The translations under genes were made by a program, and so were the position numbers. 64,000 nt of DNA from Eledone cirrhosa (lineage: Eukaryota): the NCBI GenBank assembly GCA_964016885.1, contig OZ024741.1:283960001-284024000 (forward strand), written 5' to 3'. This document shows, one piece after another, positions 12,000 to 23,154 of the stretch. The notes under the pieces were generated by a model that saw nothing but the letters and a program-made list of their open reading frames with translations, did no database searches and was not told where the DNA came from. The stretch's first letter is position 1, and each line of letters starts with the position of its first letter.

Positions 12000-14862
12000 A
12001 TAAAAACAATGAATAAAAACAAAGAAACAGTTCCTTATATTAAAAAATTCATCATTTTACGATCGTTTCTAAGATATATATATGTGTGTTGGTATGTATA
12101 TCATATAGATCTATGTAAAAATTTTACAAACTATCAGAGGGAATATACATACCTACACATATATATGCTGTCTTCAGAAATAATGATATTTGTTTATTGA
12201 AAAAAACCAACAAAGATTTAATATAATAGGTCTGTTTGGGAACAGGTTTTGAATTGACCAATAGAAAAGTAGTAAGTGGTCAAGTTGATAGAATAGTAGT
12301 TGTAGAAATTTAATTTAGGGGTAGAGGAATGCAGACTTCAGTTTTGAATGGAAAGAATACTTTGAATGAAAAGATTACTTTGGGGATGAAAAGAGGTCAA
12401 GCCGGTGAAAGGTACACGAAAATTTGATGTTATTAAAGAATAATGCTAATGTTAAAATCGAAGGAGAATAAAATTTTAGGGTAAATGTGTTAGTGAGAAA
12501 TACCAATCTTATTTAAAACACAAGGAATTTAGATCTATAACAAGAAATTAAATTAATTTAATTGATAGGTATACTTATAGGGATAAATTTATATTAATTC
12601 ACATAGATGTGATAAATAAGAGTTAGATGTTATTAAAGAATGTTGTTAAAAACGAAGGAAAAAAATTTGGGGGGATAAATGTATTAGTGAGAAATAACAA
12701 ATTTATATAGACTACAAGGAATTTAGATTCATAACAGGAAATTAAAATAGTTTATATGTATACTTATAGGTATTAATTTTAGGAAAAGAGAGCTGTAAAA
12801 GGGAAATAAAATTATGAAGTTCTCAGTAGTAAAATACTAATTATAGGTTAATTAAATTAAAAATTTAAAAAACTAATTATAATAATTTGTAAAATATAAG
12901 TGTAAGGTGTATATTAATTAGGTTTATAATATTTGAAAGTTTTTCTAATTCTATGATTGCACGATATAATTAATTCTTGTCACTTATTTAATAGGATATC
13001 CTTAGATTTCATTATTTCAAAAAGTTCCTGGGAACATAATCTACACTCATATCTGTTATTTTGATAAGGGGTGGCCCTTTTGGGCACACTCCTGGTCAGG
13101 TTATAATCGATATTCTTTTTTCTATAATTATTAATTATTTCAGCCAAGGATGTTGTATTAGCTAATGCGGCATTTTTAAAACTATGTTTGTGGGTATTAA
13201 ATCTTACTTTAAATTGGTTAGAAGTAGCTCCTATATATGAATAAGTTGAGTCCTTAGTGCTAATTTTACATTTATATACTATGTTATTAATAAGACAATT
13301 TCCTTTTAATGGGCAATTTCCTTTGTTTCTACAGTTACAACCATTCGTGAATATTATATCAGGGGAGTTAGTTAAATTTGGTGTGGAATTTACTCGACTT
13401 GTTATATGTGAAGGAGATGGTGGTTTGTTGCGGTTTATTTTAGTATTATGGTTAGTTTGATGTGTTGGTGGTATATTCATGTTTTTTTTACATATATATG
13501 CATTGTAGGCACTTATATTTTGTTGTATATTTTTGGTAGTGGAGTAGGAAAATTTGACCGTTTACTATTTAAAATTTGATGGTATATATGGTTTGGCGGG
13601 AAGTTTTTCTCTAGGATAGTAAAAAAGAATTTTAGGGATATTATCTTTAATTTGTAGATTAAATGGAGCATTATACCAAGTAACTCGTCTATTACGGTTT
13701 CGATGTTGTTTTTTATATGTATACGATGTATCAGGATATTTACTAAGAGAGTTAGTATTAGTGAATTTATTATATATAGGTTTAGTTAGATTAACTGATT
13801 TAGGTGTTTTAGTCTGATCATTAGGAATTTTGTTAGTAATGTTATTAATGTATATAGGAGTATTAGGATGAATGGTTTTTTGAAAGTTATTATATTGTAT
13901 GTGAGAAGAGGTAGAGAAATTAAGTTTTAAGTTGGTATTTTTGGGTATAGTGTGAGTGGCATTTAGGTGTGTGTTTTTCATTTCGTGTTTGTTGAGTTGT
14001 ATGTTTGTAGTATTATTGGTACAAGGTATATAGACTAATTTGTTTTTGTGGCCGCTCCTAGCTAAAGCTTCGTTATAAAAGGTCGCATTTTTATCGAATA
14101 CATCCTAGTTAGATGAAAGGTTAGAAATTCTGAGTGAGATATTATATGCTAGGTTTTTAAGGATAGATCTAGGGTGATTGGATTGTGAGTGTATGTAATG
14201 TAAGTTTTGGTTAGGTTTATGGTAAGGTTGGTAGATACCCGTAGATAAGTCTAAAGTTATATCAAGAAAATTAACTACTTTATTGGTGTTTTCAAATGTA
14301 ATAGTGAAACTATAATAGTCTTTGAGGAAAGTTCTAAGTTTTTTATTTTTTTCAATTTCTGATAGGCTAAGGTTAGTGGAAAGAAAAAGACAGTCATCAC
14401 GATATAAACCACCTTTAAGGTGGGGAAAAGAAGCATTTATGTTAAATAGAAGAAAGAGGCCCACAAGATCGGTAATTTGGGCAGAATCACTAGAGCCCAT
14501 AGTAATGTCGAATAGATTACTATATGTATTTCTGGTCCAGTATTCCTTCTGAAATTCCAGTAGTGTTTGTCTAGCGTGCGTGGTAATATTAATGTCATCC
14601 ATAGTTAAGTTTGATCTATTTTTGGCAAATATCAAGGCTTTGTTCAGGAGTATGGGTGATATAGAGGGATAATAAGCATCTATATCGAATTGTAGAAATG
14701 AAGCAGATAATTTATTTCTAATATTAGTAAACCAGTTAATTACCTGGGATGTGTTTTCCCAGAGTGGTAAATTAACATGTTTTCTTAATTGTGGGATGAC
14801 TCTATCTAAAAAATGTTAATAATGATGCCAATGTCAGATTTGGAAGGGCATATAAGTCTTAT
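12000..14862 (-). mobile_element. 5'-truncated Penelope-like element (probably Naiad-type) with 3' pLTR
   Basis: Frameshifted RT (FDITMGSSD, GLYRDD, NFLDITLDL, SNHP) and GIY-YIG (IVYKC..YIGATS..FKVRFNTHK) ORFs over 12917-14862; same family as 36549-39002. Confidence 0.92.
12049..12186 (-). ncRNA. hammerhead ribozyme with long stem II
   Basis: Reverse complement tcattattt-CTGAAGA-~100-nt hairpin-GAAA-cgatcGTA-aaatgatga. Confidence 0.8.
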
Positions 14863-14867
14863 ATAAG

Positions 14868-14956
<89 letters not shown>

Positions 14957-15304
14957 GATGCAGTGGCTGACTGTCTCTAAAAATATTGGTTGCCAGGAAA
15001 TGAAGGGGGCGCACCTACATATATAATACTATCATATAATTTTTTAATGAAAAAATAACATTTTCGAAAATTACATAAGTGGAAACAAAACAGGGGAATC
15101 GAATTTTGCGGGAAAATATCTTACCTTCTTTAATAAAAAAAAAAAATAGGTATTTTGCAAAATCCAGAGACTTTCAATAATGACCAGAAGTCGACTCTAA
15201 ATATTACTAATAGCTCTAGGAAAGCCATGAACGACACCACATCTTTTTAACTTTGATTTTGAAAGTAGGTTTATAATTATCAATATTCATTATTCTTTTC
15301 TAGC

Positions 15305-15515
15305 TGTCTCGGTGGCCTACTTGGAGGAATCATAGACGGTGGTGATCCTGGCCTGAAGTTCGATCCTGGTCGGAAGTAGGGAAACCTTTTCAGTTTTTTC
15401 CTATTGGTTGTAAAATAAAAACTGAAAAAAAAGGCTACATGTACCTCTTGAGCAGGATTGAACCCAAGGCCAGGATCTCCACCATCTCGTGTACCTACTG
15501 CTAGGTCACAAAGAC
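15305..15515. mobile_element. inverted pair of tRNA-like heads (SINE/MITE-like)
   Basis: TGGCCTACTTGG..GGTGGTGATCCTGGCCTGAAGTTCGATCCTG versus CAGGATTGAACCCAAGGCCAGGATCTCCACC. Confidence 0.5.
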
Positions 15516-15684
15516 AACTACGAAGACCTTATGAAAATTCATACTTATAAACCTACTTTCACAATTTTCAAAACAAATTGTTGTCGAGTCGTTCGTATCT
15601 TCCTTAATGTTATTGCTCCTACTTAAGGTCGACTTCTAAATCATTTGGGTGTTCCGTCAACTACATCCTCGTTTTGTTTCACAT

Positions 15685-15730
15685 CTATGTTTCATTTCTG
15701 TTGCAACTCATTTCTCCCCGCAACCCCACC

Positions 15731-15777
<47 letters not shown>

Positions 15778-15904
15778 CCTCTCTCTCCCTCTCTCTCTCT
15801 CTTTCTTTCTCTCAGTGATATTTGAATCTACTATGATTTGGGGTTACTTTCTTCATATATATATATGTTTTTTGCATGTCAGATTCAAACTTACAATGAT
15901 TGGC

Positions 15905-15947
<43 letters not shown>

Positions 15948-16185
15948 TGTTTGCTAAAATAATCAAATTAAATTAATTCAACAGTTAAACACACATCTAT
16001 CTAGACCATATTTTAACATGTAATCCATGTTTCATTTCTGGTACACCTCATCCACCCTCCTCTCTCTCTCTCTCTCTCTCTCTCTGTGATATTTGAATCT
16101 ACTATGATTTGGGCTTACTTTATTTATATATACATGCTTTTGTATGTCAGATTTGAATCAAACTTACAATGATTGGCATTATATC
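15685..16185. repeat. local diverged direct duplication containing (CT)n
   Basis: TGTTTCATTTCTG..(CT)n..GTGATATTTGAATCTACTATGATTTGGG..CAAACTTACAATGATTGGCATTATA occurs twice. Confidence 0.8.
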
Positions 16186-16191
16186 TTAGTC

Positions 16192-16665
16192 TTAGATTCT
16201 TTCGCGCCGTTCGTTGCATCGAGCAGTAAGTACTCGCCAACGGTCACGATCAGCGGCAACTCTTTCGAGACCGTGCCAGGTGATGTTGGCTGCCATCAGG
16301 TCTTTCTGGAACGTTCGTCGCCAGGTGATCCTTGGGCAAACCCGCCTCCGTTTACCGCCAGGTGGAGTCCAGTTCATCGCTCTTTTCGAATGCCGTTCAT
16401 TTGGCAGACGCAGAATATAGCCAGCCAGACAGCACCGACGCTCCGTGACCACTCTCTGTAGTGTCCACGACTCGGCTCTCCACAGGATCTCCTCGTTTCG
16501 CACTCGGTCGCGCCAGTACACACGAAGGATATTTCGCAGGCACCGCTGGTGGAAAGCGTTCAGCCGTCTCTCTATTTTTGCCGTACTCTTCCATGTCACG
16601 CTCGCATAAAGCACTGTCGGCAGCACGATGCTCTTGTACGGGCGGCGCTTGGTCTTGGTGCTAAT
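16192..16665 (-). pseudogene. RTE-clade LINE ORF 3' fragment
   Basis: LLY-like TVLYAS.TW, RLNAFHQRCLRNIL.V.WRDRVRNEEIL, GKRRR.CPRITW. Confidence 0.85.
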
Positions 16666-16671
16666 GCATGA

Positions 16672-16868
16672 AGACGACCATGGTGAATTGGCAGTATCGG
16701 TAGAGAGTCGGACGCCATGCTTTGACGCATAGAGTTACGTCCCTTGCCATTCTGAGTTCAAATCCTGCCGAGGTTAACTTTTCCTTTCATCCTTACGGGG
16801 TCGATAAAATAAAGTACCAGTAATGCACTGGGTAATTGCTGGCTTTGTGCCAATAATAGAAACAATTA
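16672..16868 (+). mobile_element. tRNA-derived SINE, same family as 1-163
   Basis: GAGTTCAAATCC B-box and TTTCATCC..GGGGTCGATAAAATAAAGTACCAG. Confidence 0.78.
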
Positions 16869-16884
16869 TATATATATAAATATA

Positions 16885-17200
16885 TATATAGGATCCACAG
16901 CGACGAGCTTCGAAGATAGGTGGTATAACCATTCCTTTAAAAGAATAGAAAAGAAGAAATGTACGGCCCTTTCTGAATTGATCTGGAAGGTCAAACTTGA
17001 AAAGACCCCGCACTCTCTGGTCTGGTCCGTGGTTAGAAAGGTTTCCCCCAGACAGAGGCGGGTCTGGTATTTGCAACATCTGTCTTAGTGAGACACTCGA
17101 GATACTTCATGGCGGAACCAAGCTATTAAACAGAAGGGCCGACTTATTCGGCGCCTGCAGACACCTAAGGACGGGAACTTTCCTCAAGCTATATAGATAA
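16885..17200 (+). pseudogene. Penelope-like GIY-YIG C-terminal fragment
   Basis: YIGSTATSFEDRWYNHSF..TALSELIWK, then CNICLSE..LLNRRADLFGACRH. Confidence 0.85.
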
Positions 17201-17924
17201 ACCCCGGTTAAGGCCTCCCATAACGCCCCCCCCCCTCCTGTAGGGCCCCTACACCCCGTACCAATGACCAATGGACAACAACAACCACCCATAGTTTGTG
17301 GTCCCTACGGTGGATTGTCCACCGGATCCTCTACTGGATAGGAGTCAACAAAACCACGTTTATTGTACCTGAGGAACCCCCGACCCCCCCCGGGAGTGGC
17401 CCACACAGGAAGAACAATTATCCCAAGGTACTAACCCTATACGCATGAATGAGTGTGCCCGCAACCGTGCATTGTGTGTGTATACTGGGATTACGTGAAT
17501 GTGCACACTCATGTGAACGCAACGAAATACTAATACCCCACGTTGAATTTGAAAAATGTTCGAGTGTATGCTTAAGAGTATATTTGTATATGCTCTCTTG
17601 TATGAGTGCACATGTGTATATAGACATACACGCGCATCCAGAGGTGTAAAGGTGTGGGTGGGTATATATGTCTGTACTAAGGGATTCGCCTAAGCTCCAA
17701 AGCCCCCAAGCTATTGCTGTGAATATATATATCACACTCTACTTTTGTCTAGTCTAAACAATAACTCTTCCAAACACCCACTTTACTTTTCTTTAAAAAT
17801 AACACCCACCTAGTTTTATGTCTGCCTTATACTTGGATTTGGGGTCCTCTGTTGTATATATATATGCACTTGTGCGGACATATATATATATACACACCTG
17901 TATGGATTTGTGTGTAGATGTGTG

Positions 17925-18210
17925 TGTGTGTCTGAGGGGGGTAGATGTGAGTGTATGTACAAGTCAACCAACATAAGTCTTTTTATTTCTAAAATTTCTA
18001 AACTTTCTAAGTATTTGACTCTAACCATAATTTTCAGTATTACCACCCCACATTGATTCCTCAATTTGTATGTGTGGATATGTGTCTGTGGGGGTGGGTG
18101 TGAGTGTATGTGCAAGTCAACCAACATAAGTCTTTTTATATGTAAATTTTCTAGTATTCTACTCTTACCATAATTTTCAGTAGTACCACTCCACATAAAT
18201 TCTTCAATTT
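17925..18210. repeat. ~155-bp tandem duplication
   Basis: GTGAGTGTATGT.CAAGTCAACCAACATAAGTCTTTTTAT at ~17947 and ~18100. Confidence 0.8.
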
Positions 18211-18517
18211 AAGAATGACCTGTAGTATCGAATTTCATACTATAAACCTCAATTGAACATATATCTGACCAGGAATCCTTTTTGTGAAAATCAGTCATAT
18301 GGAACTATTGTCCTCTTGCCTGACGGTTTGAACTTTACAACACCACCTGCCTCTTTGAGGTCAAATACCAACCCTACCAGCATCTACAAACTGACCAATG
18401 AGAATTAAGACCATTCCTGCTGACAACATTAAATTATTCCTAACAAGCTCATATGTCCCAAGGCTCTGATACCATCAACACTATAAACACAGAGCTGGCA
18501 TATCTAAGAACTGACTA

Positions 18518-18573
18518 ACTGCCTGATGAGGTCATAGCCATTCAATGGCTATCACCGAAATATATGTAGCAGT
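18518..18573 (+). ncRNA. minimal type I hammerhead ribozyme
   Basis: actgc-CTGATGA-ggtcatagcca ttcaa tggctatcacc-GAAA-tatatGTA-gcagt; homologues at 32686 and (degenerate) ~7964. Confidence 0.88.
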
Positions 18574-18614
18574 AAATAAAGGAGTATGAGTTCATGCAAT
18601 TGACTTATGTTTCG

Positions 18615-18694
<80 letters not shown>

Positions 18695-18774
18695 GTAATA
18701 AATTTGAAGACTAAAATCCAAAGAGGGCTCGATAAGGATAAATATATATCAAATATATAAGAACCGTAGAGCAA

Positions 18775-18913
18775 ATATTTATTAAAATAACAGATTAAAG
18801 TTTAAGCAAAGAACCGGTGCTTTCACCCTTAACGGGATCTTCTGAAACTCCCGTTTCAGAAGATCCCGTTAAGGAGGAAAGCAGTGATTCTTTGACTTTA
18901 ATCTGTTATTTTA

Positions 18914-18922
<9 letters not shown>
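18775..18922. repeat. imperfect palindrome (fold-back pLTR-like) next to (TA)n
   Basis: Centre TTCTGAAAC tccc GTTTCAGAA; arms include a degenerate HHR-like CAGAAGA..GAAA. Confidence 0.8.
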
Positions 18923-18953
<31 letters not shown>

Positions 18954-19227
18954 ATATGGGGAGAAGAATACTGCATGGTTGCACATGGATAACATGTTAT
19001 AAAATGAGTCCCTCATCAGTGATTTGCCAACGGTCATTGGTATTTCATTGCATTAAAAATCATATACCTCACGTTGGTGCAATAATAACTAAAATAAGTT
19101 ATTAGGACAATTAAAACGCGTAAAGCAAGTGAGACAAGTAAACAAACAGGGGAAAGCTAACCGAAGATAGGAAGAAACACAAGCTACATAGTTATTCTAT
19201 ATATATATATATATAAATGGAAAAAAT

Positions 19228-19620
19228 GAAACGAAATTTCATTTCTCACTCACTCTTAGTACGGCTTTTACTTAAATATAAGTATGTATACATACATACA
19301 TATATGTATACAGACGTACAGTAGTATGTATATATATATATACATTCACACATATATATATGTACGTATGGATTTACCCAACATTTATTATAATGCTCGG
19401 TTTGTTTGTAAACAAACATCCCGAATTAAGCCGTACATCGTTGCCCTTTTGTTCAACACTGGCAAAGGAACAATGTACTAGTTTCAAGCTTATTAGCTAT
19501 CGTCAGCACCGTATACCTTCCTGCAAGATGATTGAACGTCTGAAAGTATATACTTTCCTTATGCATATTAACGGCTGATCAGCCTAATTTGCATATCGAG
19601 TGAGTTAATCGCCCGGGTGT
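19228..19620 (-). mobile_element. dispersed, circularly permuted monomer of the 466-bp retrozyme family
   Basis: Reverse complement aligns by eye to the 466-bp unit but starts mid-unit; HHR at 19470-19512. Confidence 0.88.
19470..19512 (-). ncRNA. minimal type I hammerhead ribozyme
   Basis: Reverse complement acggtg-CTGACGA-tagct aata agctt-GAAA-ctaGTA-cattgt. Confidence 0.85.
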
Positions 19621-19631
19621 AACCCAATTTT

Positions 19632-19880
19632 TAACATGATAGAGCACCTAGGTCCACACTTACACCTCCACGCATCCTCTCACATTCACACACACACGCG
19701 CACACGCACATACGCTTACACCTTTACTTATTCTCTCACACACACATAGACCAGTTGTAACATGATAGAGCATCTAGCTCCCACATTTACATATAAACAT
19801 ATCCTCTCACACTCGCACACACACACACACACACGCGTGCTTACACCTTCACGTATTCTCTCACACACACATACACACAT
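19632..19880. repeat. ~125-bp tandem duplication with (CA)n
   Basis: TAACATGATAGAGCA..CCTCTCAC..CTTACACCTT..TATTCTCTCACACAC occurs twice. Confidence 0.75.
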
Positions 19881-20202
19881 TTAGACATACATGTCCAAAC
19901 CCTTTTAAAGGGAGACAACTCTTTATCCATCTAACCTTCACACTTTGACATTAGAAATAGAATATGCTAAACAAAAGGTAATGGTCAAGAAAAAAGGGAA
20001 TGGGGAGAATTGTTCTGGTTCAGTGAGTATGGCTGATGTGCTGGGGTGTCAAAATTCAGACTTTCTATTGAACCAAAGAAAGTAGAGATATGTATTTTTA
20101 TTTGTGTGCTGGTGTGTGTGTGTAGGAAGATGATTCTATAAGGTTACGGGCGAAAGAGGGAAATATCCATCGTCAGTTGTCTGATATATATATATATATT
20201 AC

Positions 20203-20388
20203 AGTTCCACACTGTAAATGTGGTTGGTGTTAGGAAGGGCATTCAGCCGTAGAAAACCTGCCAGGTAGTCCTATATGAGCGAGACACGGTCACCCGACCA
20301 ACCTTGCCTCAAGTGGGACAACTCCCGTCTAACCCATGCTAGCGTGGAAAGTTGGCGTTAAACGAAGATGATGATGATGATGATGATG
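20203..20388 (+). mobile_element. RTE LINE 3' end with (GAT)n tail
   Basis: Closely matches the reverse complement of 23155-23336; ends GTTAAACGAAGATGATGATG. Confidence 0.88.
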
Positions 20389-20454
20389 TGTGTGTATATA
20401 TATATAAATATATATAAATATATATATGTATATATATATAAATATATATATATG

Positions 20455-20524
<70 letters not shown>

Positions 20525-21032
20525 GTGAGGTTTTTTTTTACAAAATGAAAAATAACTGAGGTGTCCTACACGAGTGGAAGTATAAAGAAAAAGAGATGAA
20601 ATCGAAAATGCAACTGAAGTCTTATTTTTTTAAAAAATATATATATTTATTTGGTTCCTTTACCGGTTTCGCAGTTCTTCTGCTTTTCAAAAGGTGAGTT
20701 GAGATGGAGGGTCTGTGGTTTTTCTCACATATATATATGTGTATATGTGTGTGTGTGTCTGTGTGTCCAACGCATCCAAGTGTGGAAAAGTGGACGTAAA
20801 AACGATGATGATGATATGTATATATACATATTCATATATTAATGAGGTAGAGAATCGACCATGAGGTTGAGCTGTTGCAGCTTGTTGCCTCATAAATATA
20901 CCCAATCAGCATTTCTCTGTTCATCGAGTACTACATTGATTGGTGATCTTCCTGGTCCTCATACTGCAGACACTCAATAAATAAATATATATGTGTGTGT
21001 GTGTGTGTGTGTGTATTTGTATTAAAATAAAA

Positions 21033-21145
21033 TTAGAATTTTATTTCTCGCCTTAGTATAACTGATACATAAATGTAAGTATGCATACGTACACACATAC
21101 ACACACACACACACACGCACATATATATATACACACACACACACA

Positions 21146-21224
<79 letters not shown>

Positions 21225-21790
21225 GTATGGTTTATATTGAATATCAATAATAATGTTCAATTCTTTTGTAAATAAACGTTCCGATTAAAGCTGTGCCGTG
21301 CCGATGACAAATCATCATCCGTTTGTTCAACACTGGCATTAAGGAACAATCAATATGTTTCTGGGTCATTAACCTTCATCAGGACTGTATACCTCTGCCA
21401 ATCTGTTGAACGGTTGAAAATATATGGTATTTTCTTAAGTACACATCGGCTGAGTTGCCTCATTTGCATACCGAGCGAGTTATGGCTGACCGTGCCAAAA
21501 ACTACAAACAGAATTTGAATTTTATTTCTCACCCTAGCACAGCAGATACATAAATGTAAGAAATAAAATTCTTACATGTTGATTGTTCTTCAATGCCAGT
21601 CTTAAACAAACGGATGACGATTTGTCATCAGTACGACACAGCTTTAATCGGGCCGTTTGTTTACAAACGAATCGAGCATTATTATTAATATTCGGTATAA
21701 CCCATACGCACATATGTATATGTATACATATATGTGTGTGTGTGCATGTACGAATGCATACTTACATATATATGTACATATATATATATA
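21033..21790 (-). mobile_element. divergent subfamily of the 466-bp retrozyme: >1 monomer on - plus an inverted + segment
   Basis: Shares GTTCAACACTGGCA..GGAACAAT and GTTTGTTTACAAACGAA motifs; terminal redundancy at ~21036 and ~21517; inverted segment 21573-21790. Confidence 0.75.
21346..21388 (-). ncRNA. minimal type I hammerhead ribozyme
   Basis: Reverse complement acagtc-CTGATGA-aggtta atgaccca-GAAA-catATT-gattgt. Confidence 0.75.
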
Positions 21791-22086
21791 TAGAACATCT
21801 TATATATATCAAGAACATCTTATACATATCACTGATGGGTTGATAAAATATCGTTCACTGAGATTATATAAAATCCCAAGGAACTTAAATATAAGGGGCC
21901 TGATCAAAATCCCCGAATAGTGATGTGTGTAAAATGTTCTATATATATGGTTGCTTCTTTGAATAACGTGTCTTAAAGATATCTTTTCATTCAGATGTTA
22001 TGTATATTCATGACAAATTTTAATTATATGTTTTGTCTCTCTGCCTTTTCAGCCCCATGGATTATATTCCTTTGTTAAATTTCGAA

Positions 22087-22142
22087 TACCTGATGATGTC
22101 ACCGGATTCATACTGAACCCGGTCATTGAAATGTTCATAGTA
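22087..22142 (+). ncRNA. type I hammerhead ribozyme in a pLTR-like insert (~22030-22330)
   Basis: tac-CTGATGA-tgtcaccggattca tac tgaacccggtcatt-GAAA-tgttcATA-gta; homologue at 54353-54410. Confidence 0.8.
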
Positions 22143-22326
22143 CTATAAACCTTTAAGGAATTACACCAGTCCAGCCTCCTGTTATTTTATAATAATTAAC
22201 TCCGTACTCGCACCACCGACACAAAGACGGGTGAGTTGCATTACGTCGAGTGCTCTCCCTAATATTACATCGAGGTTGACCATTCGGAATGATCAGTTCT
22301 ATCCAGTGGTGAACCAACAAACCTAA

Positions 22327-22366
<40 letters not shown>

Positions 22367-22384
22367 CAGAGTTGCAGGTGTTAT

Positions 22385-22650
22385 ATCAGAGTTTTCCTTC
22401 TCCTAGAATTCTGCCTTGACAAAGGCTAGGGGGTCATATCTCCCGGGGATTTTGGATGGCCATTGACTCTTAAGAGCTCCTTTGCTCTTTGACAAGGTTT
22501 TGTATTTAGTCCTGCAGGATGTCCAAAGTCACCCTCCTCACCAAGAAACCTTGGTGGGGTTGCCAGCAGTTTAGTCGCCAACGACCCGACCATAGGACAG
22601 GTTGTACTGGGATACATGTTACCAGTAGCACCAACTGGTGGCCTGACATA
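22385..22650 (-). mobile_element. probable RTE-type LINE 5' UTR fragment
   Basis: Reverse complement AGCCTTTGTCAAGGCAGAATTCTAGGAGAAGGAAAACTCTGA resembles a motif I recall from RTE 5' UTRs; GC-rich insert in (TA)n. Confidence 0.4.
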
Positions 22651-22729
22651 TAATACATATATGTATATATATGTATATATATATACATATGTATATATAT
22701 ATGTATATATATGTATATATATATATATG

Positions 22730-22804
<75 letters not shown>

Positions 22805-22903
22805 GTACGATATATTAACAAATGGTAAATATATTTATAAAACCATAGTTTTAATAAAATATAGTTTTAATAAAATATAGTTTCCATTTGTTAATATATC
22901 GTA
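22805..22903. repeat. short fold-back with an internal 17-bp duplication
   Basis: ACGATATATTAACAAATGG..CCATTTGTTAATATATCGT; matches the tail at 27100-27143. Confidence 0.7.
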
Positions 22904-23082
22904 TTTTTACTCCAATAATTTGTTGAGTACTTTATATCAGTTATAAAAATATTTGCTTGTTGTATCCCAACAATTTAAATATAACTTCTACATATATGTA
23001 TATATGTATATATATGTATATATATATGTGTATATATATATGTATATATGTATATATATGTGTATATATATGTATATATATG

Positions 23083-23143
<61 letters not shown>

Positions 23144-23154
23144 ATATATATATA

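Noticed and set aside
18985-19025. CTGATGAG on the minus strand as an HHR
   Set aside because: No downstream GAAA or closing stems
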